In this document: positions 17,363 to 28,646 of the stretch, in pieces
Layout: every line of letters begins with the position of its first letter
Numbering within the stretch: the first letter of the stretch is position 1
NCBI GenBank assembly: GCA_016182295.1
Contig: JACOXP010000009.1
Location: 1-38,084 of the forward strand
Source of the DNA: Candidatus Harrisonbacteria bacterium
GTDB taxonomy: Bacteria; Patescibacteriota; Minisyncoccia; UBA6257; WO2-44-18
DNA: 38,084 nt
Reading direction: 5' to 3'
Made by a program: the position numbers and the translations under genes
Notes under the pieces: model-generated
Told to the model about the DNA's origin: nothing
The model's input: the letters and a program-made list of their open reading frames with translations, nothing else
Database searches by the model: none

Positions 17363-18456
17363 TAGCGAAATTTATTGAAAATATCCAAGGTCTGAGCGGC
17401 TGTTTTTTCCCAACTAAACCGCGCCGCGTTTTTAAGACCCAATTCGACCATTTTATTCCTCATATTGTCATCGGAAAACAATTCAATTATCTCCGCCAGA
17501 TCAACCGGCTTCCAAGGATTAACTCGAAAAGCGCTATCCCCAACCACTTCCGGCAAGGAAGTCCGGTCAGCGACAATTGCCGGACAGCCGGACGCCTGCG
17601 CTTCAAGCGGAGGAAATCCAAAGCCCTCAAAAAAAGACGGGTAGGCGAAAACTCTTGCGGCGTTGTAAAGTTTTACTCTTTCCTCGCCGGCAACCGGACC
17701 TTTCAAAACTATATCTTTGGAAAATCGGGAATGCTTTATTTCCCGGAGAATGTCGCGGTAGAGCCAACCGGGGCGCCCGGCCAGCACCAACCGCCAATCG
17801 CGGAATTCCGGTTTTTGTTTGAGAAGATTAAACGCCTTAATAATTGTCGGCACGTTTTTTCTGGGTTCCAAAGTGCCGAGATATAAAATGTATGGATTGG
17901 TTGATGAGTTGGCTGATTTTCGATTCGGTTTGAATTCCTTAGAAATGCCGGAGTAAATCACGGAAATTTTTTTGGGATCAACGCCAAGCAACTCAACTAA
18001 ATCTCGTTTGGTTGCGTCAGAAACAGCTACTAAATGCGACGCCGCGTTCGCTTGCTTGCGGACGTCTTGAAGCCAGTGCCAAAATTTCTGCCGTCCGGAA
18101 AAAAATTGCGGGTGATGCAAAAAAGATAAATCGTGAAAAGTGATAATTCGGGGAGTGCGGCCAACGGACAAAATATTGAAGTGCGGGCTGAAAATCAAAT
18201 CGGTTCTTATCAATCGATCGACTTTCGGGAAAGAAAAAAGGCGCGCCGACAAATCCAGTATCTTGTTTGGCAAATGCCAATCGATGATGTTTGAAAATCT
18301 CGGCTCTGGGGATTTTTTGCGAAACCCGTTATAAAAAAACGAATAGCTGTTTATTTTATCAGCCGCCAATAATGACCGAGTAATATTGCGAGTGTATTCC
18401 TCTATTCCGGAAGCGCCCCCCCGGCCCAATAATCGTAGATCAACAAGGATTTGCAT
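17362..18456 (-). CDS. GT4 (group 1) glycosyltransferase
   Basis: TFHDL, GTLEPRKN, PSFFEGFGFPPLEA and FSWE motifs. Confidence 0.92.
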   Translation of the reverse strand: MQILVDLRLLGRGGASGIEEYTRNITRSLLAADKINSYSFFYNGFRKKSPEPRFSNIIDWHLPNKILDLSARLFSFPKVDRLIRTDLIFSPHFNILSVGRTPRIITFHDLSFLHHPQFFSGRQKFWHWLQDVRKQANAASHLVAVSDATKRDLVELLGVDPKKISVIYSGISKEFKPNRKSANSSTNPYILYLGTLEPRKNVPTIIKAFNLLKQKPEFRDWRLVLAGRPGWLYRDILREIKHSRFSKDIVLKGPVAGEERVKLYNAARVFAYPSFFEGFGFPPLEAQASGCPAIVADRTSLPEVVGDSAFRVNPWKPVDLAEIIELFSDDNMRNKMVELGLKNAARFSWEKTAAQTLDIFNKFR

Positions 18457-18486
18457 AATCTTCTTAATTATATTATATTTTCAAAC

Positions 18487-18828
18487 ATGATTTCAGCTGA
18501 AGTGTTAATAAAAATTAAACCCGGAGCGACGGTTCGGGTCTGGGAGAGGGTTAAAGACGGCGACAAATGGCGCCCGACTAAGTTTGAGGGACTTGTGCTC
18601 GCGCGCAAGCATGGCAGCGAGCAAGGAGCAACCTTCACCGTACGGAGCACGGTTGCCGGTATTGGGGTGGAGAAAATCTTCCCGATTTACTCGCCGCGCG
18701 TTGAAAAAGTGGATATTTTAAGCTCCCCCAAGAAAGTTAAGCGTGCTAAGCTTTATTACGTCCGGGGTCTTTCCAAGAAAGAAACTCGGCAAAAACTCGG
18801 CACTGAACAAGCAACCGCCGCAAAATAG
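18487..18828 (+). CDS. rplS: 50S ribosomal protein L19
   Basis: FEGLVLAR, TFTVR, GVEKIFP and RAKLYY motifs. Start placed at ATG 18487. Confidence 0.95.
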   Translation: MISAEVLIKIKPGATVRVWERVKDGDKWRPTKFEGLVLARKHGSEQGATFTVRSTVAGIGVEKIFPIYSPRVEKVDILSSPKKVKRAKLYYVRGLSKKETRQKLGTEQATAAK

Positions 18829-18893
18829 ACGACGGTTTTTGTTACCCCACATTGGCATACGCTATTACCTTGAGGTATAGTATAATAATCATT

Positions 18894-19553
18894 GTGGGAA
18901 AACCTCAACACAAGGTAAGGATCAAATGGTCTCCGGAGTTTTCCTATGCGATCGGACTTTTAACAACTGATGGCAATCTTTCGTCAGATGGCCGACATTT
19001 TGATTTTACTTCCCAAGACCCGGAGCAAATTAAAAATTTAATGCGCTGCCTCGGAATAAAAAACAAGATCGGTAAAAAAATCTCGGGCCAAACAAAGCGG
19101 CGAATCGCTAGAGTTCAATTTGGCGATGTCAATTTTTATCGTTTTTTATTGACTATTGGACTAATGCCAAATAAATCAAAAATTCTAACTTCTTTAGATA
19201 TACCCGATAAATATTTTTTTGATTTTCTCCGCGGACACTTCGACGGTGATGGAACTTTCTATTCCTACTGGGATCCGCGCTGGAAATCAAGTTTCATGTT
19301 TTATGTAGAATTTATTGGGTCTAGTAAAAAACATATAGAATGGTTGCGAGATAAAATAAATCAATTTCTAACTATAAAAGGTCATATTACAAAAGGTGCG
19401 GGTCACTCATGTTATCAATTAAAATATGCCAAATCCGAATCCTTAAAACTTTTGCCAAAACTCTATCACAAAGAAAGTTTTCCCAGATTGTCACGTAAAT
19501 ATTTGAAAATCAAAGAAACTTTGGCTATAATAGGCAAACGGGGCCTTATATGA
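18894..19553 (+). CDS. Free-standing two-motif LAGLIDADG homing-endonuclease-like protein
   Basis: YAIGLLTTDG and FLRGHFDGDG motifs, KS plus IP linker and C-terminal RK. Probable GTG start 7 nt after TATAAT. Confidence 0.85.
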   Translation: MGKPQHKVRIKWSPEFSYAIGLLTTDGNLSSDGRHFDFTSQDPEQIKNLMRCLGIKNKIGKKISGQTKRRIARVQFGDVNFYRFLLTIGLMPNKSKILTSLDIPDKYFFDFLRGHFDGDGTFYSYWDPRWKSSFMFYVEFIGSSKKHIEWLRDKINQFLTIKGHITKGAGHSCYQLKYAKSESLKLLPKLYHKESFPRLSRKYLKIKETLAIIGKRGLI

Positions 19554-19636
19554 GCGCAGGTGGCGTAACGGCAGCCGCGCAGCCTTGAGGTGGCTGTGCC
19601 CGCAAGGGCGTGGAGGTTCGATTCCTCTCCTGCGCA
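19554..19636 (+). tRNA. tRNA-Leu(GAG)
   Basis: GCGCAGG/CCTGCGC acceptor stem, CAGCC-TTGAGGT-GGCTG anticodon arm, variable arm GCCCGCAAGGGC. Confidence 0.93.
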
Positions 19637-19692
19637 CACTTCGACTCGCTTCGCTCGCTCAGTGTAAACACAAGAGCGAGCGAGGCGAAGTA
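19637..19692. repeat. Palindromic repeat 3' of tRNA-Leu(GAG), related to family A
   Basis: CACTTCGACTCGCTTCGCTCGCTCAGTGTAAAC, then GAGCGAGCGAGGCGA, which can pair back. Confidence 0.55.
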
Positions 19693-19703
19693 CTCTAAGT
19701 AGT

Positions 19704-20135
19704 ATGAGCTTGTTAAAGATTATGAATATAAGATATATCTCTATTTTGGCATTTGTCGCTTTCTTGTTACATATTATTTGGGAAAATGCTCAAGCGCCGT
19801 TTTATGCCGGCTATCAATCTTTCTTACAACACCTTCCAATATGTTCCATTGGTGTGTTTGGCGATATTCTTATAACTTTGTTGGTTCTGGCGTTTTTATG
19901 GCTGCTAAAGAAAAATTTGCCGAGCACGAAAACTGATTTTTTTGCGCTGGCAATTATTGGGTTTGTGATAGCGGTTGCGATTGAGCAAAACGCTCTGTTG
20001 CTTGGTAAATGGAGTTACGCGCCGACGATGCCGCTTATTCCATATTTGCAAGTCGGGCTTATGCCGATCTTGCAAATGACAATATTGCTTCCTCTTTCGT
20101 TTTACATAACCGGATTATTCAATAAAAAAGTATAA
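19704..20135 (+). CDS. Hypothetical membrane protein (~4 TM)
   Basis: 143 aa hydrophobic ORF with WE.AQ, GD, E...W.Y...MP and GL.PILQ patterns. Confidence 0.75.
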   Translation: MSLLKIMNIRYISILAFVAFLLHIIWENAQAPFYAGYQSFLQHLPICSIGVFGDILITLLVLAFLWLLKKNLPSTKTDFFALAIIGFVIAVAIEQNALLLGKWSYAPTMPLIPYLQVGLMPILQMTILLPLSFYITGLFNKKV

Positions 20136-20263
20136 ATAATCATCGGCGGCAATCCGCGCCAATAAGCTTGGCCCAACGGCTCTTGACAAATATAAGGGGT
20201 GTATGCTACCATGCTGGTGGTTCTTATGGTTGGGAAATGAGATCTTTTTGAAAGGAGACGGTT

Positions 20264-20569
20264 ATGCGCAAATTCGGGATGATGACAGTCGGGCTGACGA
20301 TTCTTCTGGGGGCGGGACTGCTGTTGAGCGCCGCGGCCGCTCCCGCGACGACCGACGATGGCGGCACGTATGTCACCCAAATCCGCATTTTCGCGGACTA
20401 CGACATCACGATCGGAAACACGGCAGAGCAGTCGGATCTCAAGCTTGAGAGAAACATCAATCGCTGGATTAAAGCTAACCCGGGATTCCAAATCCAGAAG
20501 ATTGATCAATGCCCAGGGCCATATAACAAATTTATGGTCCAATATCTGGAACGCCGCCAGACCGAGTGA
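20264..20569 (+). CDS. Hypothetical secreted protein
   Basis: Signal peptide (MRKF...SAAAA), SD AAGGAG, promoter TTGACA(20183)-18-TACCAT and its own terminator. Confidence 0.75.
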   Translation: MRKFGMMTVGLTILLGAGLLLSAAAAPATTDDGGTYVTQIRIFADYDITIGNTAEQSDLKLERNINRWIKANPGFQIQKIDQCPGPYNKFMVQYLERRQTE

Positions 20570-20583
20570 GTTCCCCGCTCGCC

Positions 20584-20619
20584 AAGCCCCGCGCCTGAAA
20601 AGGTGGCGGGGCTTTTTTT
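20584..20619 (+). terminator. Rho-independent terminator
   Basis: AAGCCCCGC...GCGGGGCTT followed by a T run. Confidence 0.8.
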
Positions 20620-20663
20620 ATTTATCCTAAGCTTGTCGAAGGATTTTTGCTATACTAAACAGT

Positions 20664-21690
<1,027 letters not shown>

Positions 21691-21710
<20 letters not shown>

Positions 21711-21828
21711 AAGTAAGCGAATTGGCAAAAAATTCCGCTTTATCGACAATTTCCGGAATGTGATTTAGAAGGGCGAAAACGGCGAAAACCGCGACTGAAA
21801 AGAAAAGTAACGGAAAGAAATATTGCAT
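21691..21828 (-). CDS. Small 45-aa membrane peptide (not in ORF track)
   Basis: MQYFFPLLFFSVAVFAVFALLNHIPEIVDKAEFFANSLTSIISFR, with extended -10 TGTTATAAT 6 nt before the ATG. Confidence 0.5.
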
Positions 21829-21846
21829 TTTAAGATTATAACATTT

Positions 21847-23655
21847 TTACTCAACGGTAACACTTTTGGCAAGATTGCGCGGTTTATCCACGTCGTAGCC
21901 GCGCAAAATTCCAGAATAGTAAGCGAAAAGCTGAAGCGGCACTATATTTAAAATCGGCTCCAGTTGCTCAATAGTTTTGGGAACGTAAAAAACATCATCG
22001 GCCAGTTTGGCCATTTTTTTGTCTCCGGCGGTGGCAATCGCCAAGATCGGACCGGAGCGCGCTTTTATCTCTTCAAGATTGGAAATCATTTTTTCGTAGA
22101 CCCGATTTTGGGTTGCCAGGGCAACGGTGGGGAAATTCTTGTCTATCAGCGCGATCGGCCCGTGTTTCATCTCCCCTCCGGCGTAACCTTCGGCATGGAC
22201 GTAGGAAATCTCTTTTATTTTCAAAGCTCCTTCAAGCGCCGCCGGATAATTGTAACCGCGGCCCAAATAGAGAAAATTGTCGTATTGAAGATATTTTTTG
22301 GCAAGCGTTTTTATCGCGCCGGAGTTTTTTATAACCGATTCTATCTTGAACGGCAGGATCCGCAATTCTTTGATTATTTCCTTATGCAGTTTTAATTTCT
22401 GGCGGGAGAGGTGGAGCGCCATCAGCGAAAGCACTCCCAATTGGGAAATAAACGCTTTGGTTGAAGCGACTCCGATCTCCGGACCGGCGTGATTATAAAC
22501 ACCGGCGACGGTCTCGCGAGCGATGCTCGAACCGACCGCGTTGACTATGCCAAGCGTAAGAAGGCCTTGATTATTGGCTTTGCGAAGCGCTGCCAGAGTA
22601 TCGGCTGTTTCCCCGGATTGAGAAACAAAAATCGCCGCTGATTGCGAACTAACGGGACGCTTAGCGTAACGATATTCGGAAGCGATGGCTATTTCGGTGG
22701 GGATATCAGCCAGCTCTTCGAATAAAAGTTTTCCGATGAGGGAAGCGTAATAAGAAGTGCCGCAGGCGAGAATTTCCAGCCGTTTGATTCTTTTCAACTG
22801 ATCGGTAACGCTTTCAAGTCCTCCCAATTTCACGGAATTTCTTCTGACCGACAACCTGCCCCTGATAGCCGATTCTAAAACTTCCGGGCCTTCGGCAATT
22901 TCTTTCATCATAAAATGTTTGTAATTCCCTCTCCTGGACTGCTCCGGATCAATTTCAAGCGGTTCCAAACGCGGCCGGGCCGGGCCAATTTTCATTCCCG
23001 AAAGGGAAAGCCAGCCCCGCTGGCCTTCTTTGAGATAAACTACTTTTTTTACCAAGCCGGCAAGAGCAGTCGGGTCGGAAGCGACATAATATTCTCCCCC
23101 GCCAACGCCGATCACTAACGGGCTTCCGAGGCGTGCCACAAAAATTTTCTCCGGTTCTTTTTTAAAAATAACAGCAAGGGCGTAAGCGCCGACGACTTTT
23201 TTAAGAGCGAGCTCCGGGCCAAATTCTTCAATGAGGTGCGCGAGAACTTCGGTATCGGTGTCGGAATAGAAATGATGGCCGTGTTTGGTTAGATCGGTTT
23301 TCAATTCCCGATAATTTTCTACGATGCCGTTGTGGACGAGGAAAATTTCTTTTTTGCAGTCCGTGTGAGGATGGGCGTTGGTTTCATTTGGAATTCCGTG
23401 CGTCGCCCAACGAGTGTGGGCAATCGCCGCGGTCGCCGCTTGTGATTTTGCGCCACGAATCGCTTTTTCCAAATTATCTAGTTTCCCAACCGCTTTTATT
23501 ACCTTCGGACCTAATACTTGATGCTTGATGCTTGAAACCGCATTAAAAAAGGCCACGCCCGCAGAATCGTAGCCCCTATACTCAAGTTTGCGAAGATTAT
23601 CAAAAACAATTGGTAGCCCTTCTTTTTTTCCTATGTAACCGGTGATGCCGCACAT
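21847..23655 (-). CDS. glmS: Glutamine-fructose-6-phosphate transaminase
   Basis: MCGI, LEYRGYDSAG, HTRWATHG, SQSGETADT and PRNLAKSVTVE motifs. Confidence 0.97.
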   Translation of the reverse strand: MCGITGYIGKKEGLPIVFDNLRKLEYRGYDSAGVAFFNAVSSIKHQVLGPKVIKAVGKLDNLEKAIRGAKSQAATAAIAHTRWATHGIPNETNAHPHTDCKKEIFLVHNGIVENYRELKTDLTKHGHHFYSDTDTEVLAHLIEEFGPELALKKVVGAYALAVIFKKEPEKIFVARLGSPLVIGVGGGEYYVASDPTALAGLVKKVVYLKEGQRGWLSLSGMKIGPARPRLEPLEIDPEQSRRGNYKHFMMKEIAEGPEVLESAIRGRLSVRRNSVKLGGLESVTDQLKRIKRLEILACGTSYYASLIGKLLFEELADIPTEIAIASEYRYAKRPVSSQSAAIFVSQSGETADTLAALRKANNQGLLTLGIVNAVGSSIARETVAGVYNHAGPEIGVASTKAFISQLGVLSLMALHLSRQKLKLHKEIIKELRILPFKIESVIKNSGAIKTLAKKYLQYDNFLYLGRGYNYPAALEGALKIKEISYVHAEGYAGGEMKHGPIALIDKNFPTVALATQNRVYEKMISNLEEIKARSGPILAIATAGDKKMAKLADDVFYVPKTIEQLEPILNIVPLQLFAYYSGILRGYDVDKPRNLAKSVTVE

Positions 23656-23671
23656 AGCCAGTACTCAAATA

Positions 23672-26029
23672 TTAGCTCTCAACTATGAAGTTAATCAACC
23701 GGTCTTTTACGAAAATTATCCGCTTGATTTTTGAAGGATCCAGCCACTTATTCATTCCGGGGGCGGTCATAGCCAATGCTTTAGCGTTGGTTTCATCTAT
23801 ACCGCGGTGAGCGGTGAGTTTGCCACGCGTCTTGCTGTTCACCTGGATTATCAACTCAAACGATTCTTCTTCCGCCAACCGCTCGTCCCATTCCGGCCAT
23901 TTTTCCTCGTCAAGAAGCGTTTTGTGGCCAAGTAAACTCCAAAGCTCCTGGGCAAGATGCGGCGCGAATGGAAAAAGCAGTTTGCAGTATGTCTTGTAAA
24001 AATCTTTGGAGAGAGTTTCTAATTTTTCCGCGTCATTAAGCGCGATCATCAAAGCGCTGACGGCGGTGTTGAAATGGAAATTTTTGATATCTTCCGTAAC
24101 TTTTTTGACGGTTTTATGAACCAAACGAACGGCGGCTTCATTTTCTCCAGTTTTTTTGTCTCTTCCAAAATTATAAATTCGCGCCAAAAAACGATGAGGG
24201 CCGATAATTCCCCGCGGATCCCAGGGTTTGACGTCCTCAAGCGGCCCCATAAACATTTCATAAAGCCGCAGTGAATCGGCGCCGAATTTCTCCACCATAT
24301 CATCGGGATTAACAACATTGCTTCGGGATTTGGACATTTTCTGCCCATCGGGTCCCAAAATAAGGCCTTGATTCACTAATTTCGCAAACGGCTCCTTGGT
24401 GGAAACAACACCGATATCGTAAAGGAATTTATGCCAAAATCTGGCGTAAAGAAGATGAAGGACCGCGTGCTCAACGCCGCCAACGTAAATATCCACGGGA
24501 AGCCAATGCTTAAAAACATTTTGATATTGGGAAATTGGAAATTGGAAATTGGAAACTTCCCGCATCAGATACGCGAGGTAATACCAACAGGAACCCGCCC
24601 ATTGAGGCATTGTATTGGTCTCCCGCTTGGCCGCGCCACCGCATTTTGGACATTTAACGTTAACCCATTTTTTAATTCCGGCCAGCGGGGATTCCACGCC
24701 ACCAGTCGGCTCATATTTTTTAACCTGTGGCAATTTCACCGGCAAATCTTCTTCCGGAACCGCAATATTTCCGCATTTCTCGCATTTAATTACGGGGATG
24801 GGCTCCCCCCAATATCGCTGGCGGGAAAATATCCAGTCCCGCAATTTGTAATTTATTGTTTTTTTAGCTCCTAGTTTTTCTATAACCTCTTCTTTGGGAA
24901 GCAGCGGTTCGTCAATTATCGGCAAATCAAACTTTTTTGCGAACTCGCGGTCGCGCTCATCATGTTGAGGTACCGCCATAACAGCGCCAGTGCCGTAATG
25001 GGCCAGGACATAATCGGCAATCCAAACCGGCACTTCTTTTTTATTCCAGGGATTGATCACGTAAACGCCATCAAGCGGCACTCCCGTTTTCTCTTTCCCT
25101 TCCTGCTGTCTTTCTTTTTCGCTCTTACTTTTAGCGGATTTGATATAAGCGGCGACTTTTTCCCAATTGCGGATTTTGGATTTTAATTTTTCGATTACCG
25201 GGTGTTCCGGCGCGATTACCATATAAGTGACTCCGGCGATGGTATCCGGACGGGTCGTAAAAACTTCAAGATCGCCGTAATAAATGCGGTCGCAACTGAA
25301 AGAAAACTTTATTAAAGCGCCTTCCGATCGGCCGATCCAATTTCGCTGCATTTCTTTGACTCGCTCCGGCCAGTCCAAGCTTTCCAAATCGGAAAGCAAA
25401 CGATCGGCGTAGGCGGTGATTTTCAAAATCCATTGCTTGAGATTCTTGCGTTCGGTTTTGCCGCCGCAACGTTCGCAAACCCCGTCGGCTACCTCTTCGT
25501 TGGAGAGCACTGTTTTGCAAGAAGAACACCAATTCACCGGCACTTCCGCTTCATAAGCAAGGCCCTTTTTAAAAAGCTGGAGGAAAATCCATTGTGTCCA
25601 TTTATAATATTCTGGATCGGTGGTGTTTATTTCTCTTTGCCAATCATAGCTAAAACCCAAACTATTGAGCTGATTTTTGAATCGTTTGATGTTGTTTTTT
25701 ACAACAATACTCGGGTGAATTTTCTTTTTGATGGCGTAATTTTCCGCCGGCAATCCGAAGGCGTCCCAGCCCATCGGATGCAAAACGTTGTGGCCGTTCA
25801 TCCGTAAAAACCGCGCCATAATATCGGAAGCGGTATAGCCCTCGACGTGGCCGACATGAAGCCCATCGCCGGAAGGATACGGAAACATATCCAAAACGTA
25901 GAACTTGCGGCGGCCTTGGCTCGCCGAAGCCCCGCGAAGCGGGGCGGAGGCAGCCCAAAGCTTATACTTATTTTTAGCCCAAATTTTCTGCCATTTTTTC
26001 TCAATTTTCTTAAAATCGTATTTTGGCAT
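23672..26029 (-). CDS. leuS: Leucine-tRNA ligase
   Basis: MFPYPSG.GLHVGH, editing domain FTTRPDT/YGTGAVM, SRQRYWGEPIP and KMSKS. Confidence 0.97.
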   Translation of the reverse strand: MPKYDFKKIEKKWQKIWAKNKYKLWAASAPLRGASASQGRRKFYVLDMFPYPSGDGLHVGHVEGYTASDIMARFLRMNGHNVLHPMGWDAFGLPAENYAIKKKIHPSIVVKNNIKRFKNQLNSLGFSYDWQREINTTDPEYYKWTQWIFLQLFKKGLAYEAEVPVNWCSSCKTVLSNEEVADGVCERCGGKTERKNLKQWILKITAYADRLLSDLESLDWPERVKEMQRNWIGRSEGALIKFSFSCDRIYYGDLEVFTTRPDTIAGVTYMVIAPEHPVIEKLKSKIRNWEKVAAYIKSAKSKSEKERQQEGKEKTGVPLDGVYVINPWNKKEVPVWIADYVLAHYGTGAVMAVPQHDERDREFAKKFDLPIIDEPLLPKEEVIEKLGAKKTINYKLRDWIFSRQRYWGEPIPVIKCEKCGNIAVPEEDLPVKLPQVKKYEPTGGVESPLAGIKKWVNVKCPKCGGAAKRETNTMPQWAGSCWYYLAYLMREVSNFQFPISQYQNVFKHWLPVDIYVGGVEHAVLHLLYARFWHKFLYDIGVVSTKEPFAKLVNQGLILGPDGQKMSKSRSNVVNPDDMVEKFGADSLRLYEMFMGPLEDVKPWDPRGIIGPHRFLARIYNFGRDKKTGENEAAVRLVHKTVKKVTEDIKNFHFNTAVSALMIALNDAEKLETLSKDFYKTYCKLLFPFAPHLAQELWSLLGHKTLLDEEKWPEWDERLAEEESFELIIQVNSKTRGKLTAHRGIDETNAKALAMTAPGMNKWLDPSKIKRIIFVKDRLINFIVES
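25914..25955. repeat. In-frame palindromic repeat, family B, in leuS
   Basis: CCTTGGCTCGCCGAAGCCCCGCGAAGCGGGGCGGAGGCAGCC encodes AASAPLRGASASQG. Confidence 0.6.
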
Positions 26030-26047
26030 ATACGCCTATTTTACAAT

Positions 26048-26073
26048 AAAAAAAGCCCGCGAAATAGCGGGCT
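26048..26073 (-). terminator. Rho-independent terminator
   Basis: Minus strand AGCCCGC-TATTTC-GCGGGCT followed by a T run, directly after the ORF 26366 stop. Confidence 0.75.
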
Positions 26074-26366
26074 CATCGGCCACTTTGTTTGTATCGCTCT
26101 TGTTGATCGTGAATCGCCAAGATTAGCGCATGAATTCCGTAAACTTGTTCGGGATTCGGCTCGCCAAAAGCTTCCTCAATCCAGTCATCGTTAATGGACA
26201 GACTGAGCCTTCCATCTTGCCGCCAATCCACGAAAATCAAATCATTGCCAAATTGACAACTGAAAGCATTGCCAATTATCACTCTCCACATAATCTCGTC
26301 GTTTTCCGTATATATTTTCAGGAGCGCGATTGTCCGACGGGCGACCTCGGGATCTAGATTCGACAT
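26073..26366 (-). CDS. Hypothetical protein (ORFan between tatD and leuS)
   Basis: 97 aa with strong SD GGAGGTG and its own terminator. Confidence 0.7.
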   Translation of the reverse strand: MSNLDPEVARRTIALLKIYTENDEIMWRVIIGNAFSCQFGNDLIFVDWRQDGRLSLSINDDWIEEAFGEPNPEQVYGIHALILAIHDQQERYKQSGR

Positions 26367-26392
26367 AACACCTCCAAAAAGAGCTTTTGAAA

Positions 26393-27226
26393 TTATATAG
26401 TTATTTTAAAAACTTGCAAGGCGTTTTTGGTTGTCTGCTCGGCGATTTTTTCGATTGATTCTCCGCGTAACTCCGCTAAATGTTTTGCGGTTTCGATGAT
26501 ATAAGCCGGTTCGTTACGTTTGCCACGATGCGGCTCCGGCGCGACATAGGGCGCGTCGGTTTCGAGCATAATACGGTCTAAAGGAATGTAATTTAAGATT
26601 GTGTCATAATCGCGGGAAAAGGTTATGACGCCGCCGAAGGTAAAATAAAACCCCGCCTCCAAAAGTTTCTTGGTAACCGTAAGAGAGCCGACATAAAAAT
26701 GATTAATTTTCGGCACAGAAATCGGATTTTCTCTAAGAATTTCGAGCGTATCTTCGTAAGCATCATCGCTGCCCGCCGATGGTCTGGTGTGCATCATTAG
26801 CGCCTTTCCTAGTGATTCGGCAAGCTTTATTTGCTCACTAAAGGCTTCTTTCTGATTCTTGACGTGGTCTTCGCGGCTAGCGTCCGTCAGCCGATAATAA
26901 TCAAGTCCGCACTCTCCTATAGCCACAACTTTTGAATCTTTGGCAAGCTCGCCAAGTTTTTTTACGTCAAATTTTTCCCTTACCGGCTCTTTTTGCTCCT
27001 TGCGATCGTGATACCAATTTTCGCTCAAATGATTCGGGTGAAAACCCACCGTTGCCCAAATGTCATTTGGGTATTTTTTAGCAAGTCCGATGGCTAACTT
27101 GGAAGTCGCGGCCTGCGTTCCAACGCAAATCATTTTTACCCCCACTTTTTGAGCGCGCTTGATTACATCGTCTCGGTCTTTATCGTAAAGAGGAAAATGG
27201 ACGTGGGTATGCGTGTCAAAAATCAT
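26393..27226 (-). CDS. tatD: TatD-family nuclease
   Basis: DTHTH, GFHP, AIGECGLDY, ETDAPY and RGKRNEP motifs. Confidence 0.95.
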   Translation of the reverse strand: MIFDTHTHVHFPLYDKDRDDVIKRAQKVGVKMICVGTQAATSKLAIGLAKKYPNDIWATVGFHPNHLSENWYHDRKEQKEPVREKFDVKKLGELAKDSKVVAIGECGLDYYRLTDASREDHVKNQKEAFSEQIKLAESLGKALMMHTRPSAGSDDAYEDTLEILRENPISVPKINHFYVGSLTVTKKLLEAGFYFTFGGVITFSRDYDTILNYIPLDRIMLETDAPYVAPEPHRGKRNEPAYIIETAKHLAELRGESIEKIAEQTTKNALQVFKITI

Positions 27227-28644
27227 AGCCGCGGAAACAAAACTCCAATTTTGGAAACTCGTAAAGTTTTTTTATCAGACCAGTGAATGGCTTTGGTGAT
27301 TTTACCGGACGTTTCCGGCAGAAACGGCACGAGTAAAACCGCCAAATTATCTAAAATAACAACGGCGTTCAAAATCTCATTTTTCTTTTCTCCCTCCCAA
27401 AGTTTTTTCTCGTTGACGTAAGCGTCTCCGCAGCCAATCAATTCCCAAATTGCCGAAAGAGCTTCGTGCAGTTTAAATTCGTTAACTTTCTTTTCAACCG
27501 TCTTTCTGGTCTGATCTATCGTCTTGCTAATTGCTCTTTCAACAACTTTTTTTAAATCGATATCAACTTCGCCCAGTTTTTCTCCAAGCGCCAAAACACG
27601 AGCGGCAAAATTGCCAAGACCATTCGCCAAATCTCCATTATATCGCTCTTTAAATTTTTCTTCGCTGTAATCGCCGTCTTCGCCTGACGAAATCTCTCGC
27701 AAGAGATAATAACGAACGGCATCCGAACCATACTTTTTAACCAACTCCTCCGGAGTAACCACATTACCAATCGTCTTGGACATCTTCTGGCCGTCAACGG
27801 TAATAAATCCATGAACAAAGATTTTTTTAGGCAATTTTAAACCGGCTGAAAGGAGCATTCCCGGCCAAATGGCGGCGTGGAAACGTAAAATATCCTTTCC
27901 GATAACGTGAATATCGGCCGGCCAGTATTTCTCCGGAAGAAGATAATTGGAAAGGGCGTCCGCCCAGACATACATCGTGCTGTCCGGATCACCAGGCACC
28001 GGCACTCCCCAGCTTAAATCTTTGTTGGGGCGGGAGAAGCTGACATCTTCTAAACCGTCGGAAATTAAGCTCAAAATCTCGTTTTTCCGGGATTCCGGCA
28101 GGATTTCTATACCTCCTTTCTTGATAGCTTTCTTAATTTTTTCGGAGTATTTGGAAAGTTTAAAAAACCAATTTTCTTCTTCAATAGTTTCCGGCTTAGT
28201 TTTGTGATCACGGCAAACTCCGTCTTCCAAATCTTTCTCGGTTATAAACGCCTCATGACCCACGCAATACCGACCGCGATAGATTTTTTTATAAAGGTCG
28301 CCGGATTTCTCAATCGCCTTCCAAATTTTTTGAGCGTTTGGCCAGTGACGCTTTTGATCCGAGGTACGAATAAAATCGTCCCAGGATAAATTCAAAACTT
28401 TTTTGAGATTTCGGAATTTTTCAGAAATTTCATCAGTAAATTTTTTCGGCGAACTACCAGCCGCCTCGGCGGCCCGGACGATTTTTGCCCCATGTTCATC
28501 GGCGCCGGTCAAAAAGAAAACATCAAAGTCCCGCTGGCGTCGCCAGCGAGCCAAAACATCCGCCTGTATTGATTCCAGAGCGAATCCAATATGCGGCGGG
28601 GCGTTAACATAAGCTATTGAGGTTGTTATATAAAACTTTTTCAT
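27223..28644 (-). CDS. metG: Methionine-tRNA ligase (short form)
   Basis: YVNAPPHIG, TGADEHG, YVWADAL, GKDILRFHA and KMSKT motifs. Confidence 0.97.
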   Translation of the reverse strand: MKKFYITTSIAYVNAPPHIGFALESIQADVLARWRRQRDFDVFFLTGADEHGAKIVRAAEAAGSSPKKFTDEISEKFRNLKKVLNLSWDDFIRTSDQKRHWPNAQKIWKAIEKSGDLYKKIYRGRYCVGHEAFITEKDLEDGVCRDHKTKPETIEEENWFFKLSKYSEKIKKAIKKGGIEILPESRKNEILSLISDGLEDVSFSRPNKDLSWGVPVPGDPDSTMYVWADALSNYLLPEKYWPADIHVIGKDILRFHAAIWPGMLLSAGLKLPKKIFVHGFITVDGQKMSKTIGNVVTPEELVKKYGSDAVRYYLLREISSGEDGDYSEEKFKERYNGDLANGLGNFAARVLALGEKLGEVDIDLKKVVERAISKTIDQTRKTVEKKVNEFKLHEALSAIWELIGCGDAYVNEKKLWEGEKKNEILNAVVILDNLAVLLVPFLPETSGKITKAIHWSDKKTLRVSKIGVLFPRL

Positions 28645-28646
28645 AT

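Noticed and set aside
18894-19553. Intein or group I intron
   Set aside because: There is no host gene, no Cys/His-Asn splice termini, and the neighbouring tRNA is uninterrupted.
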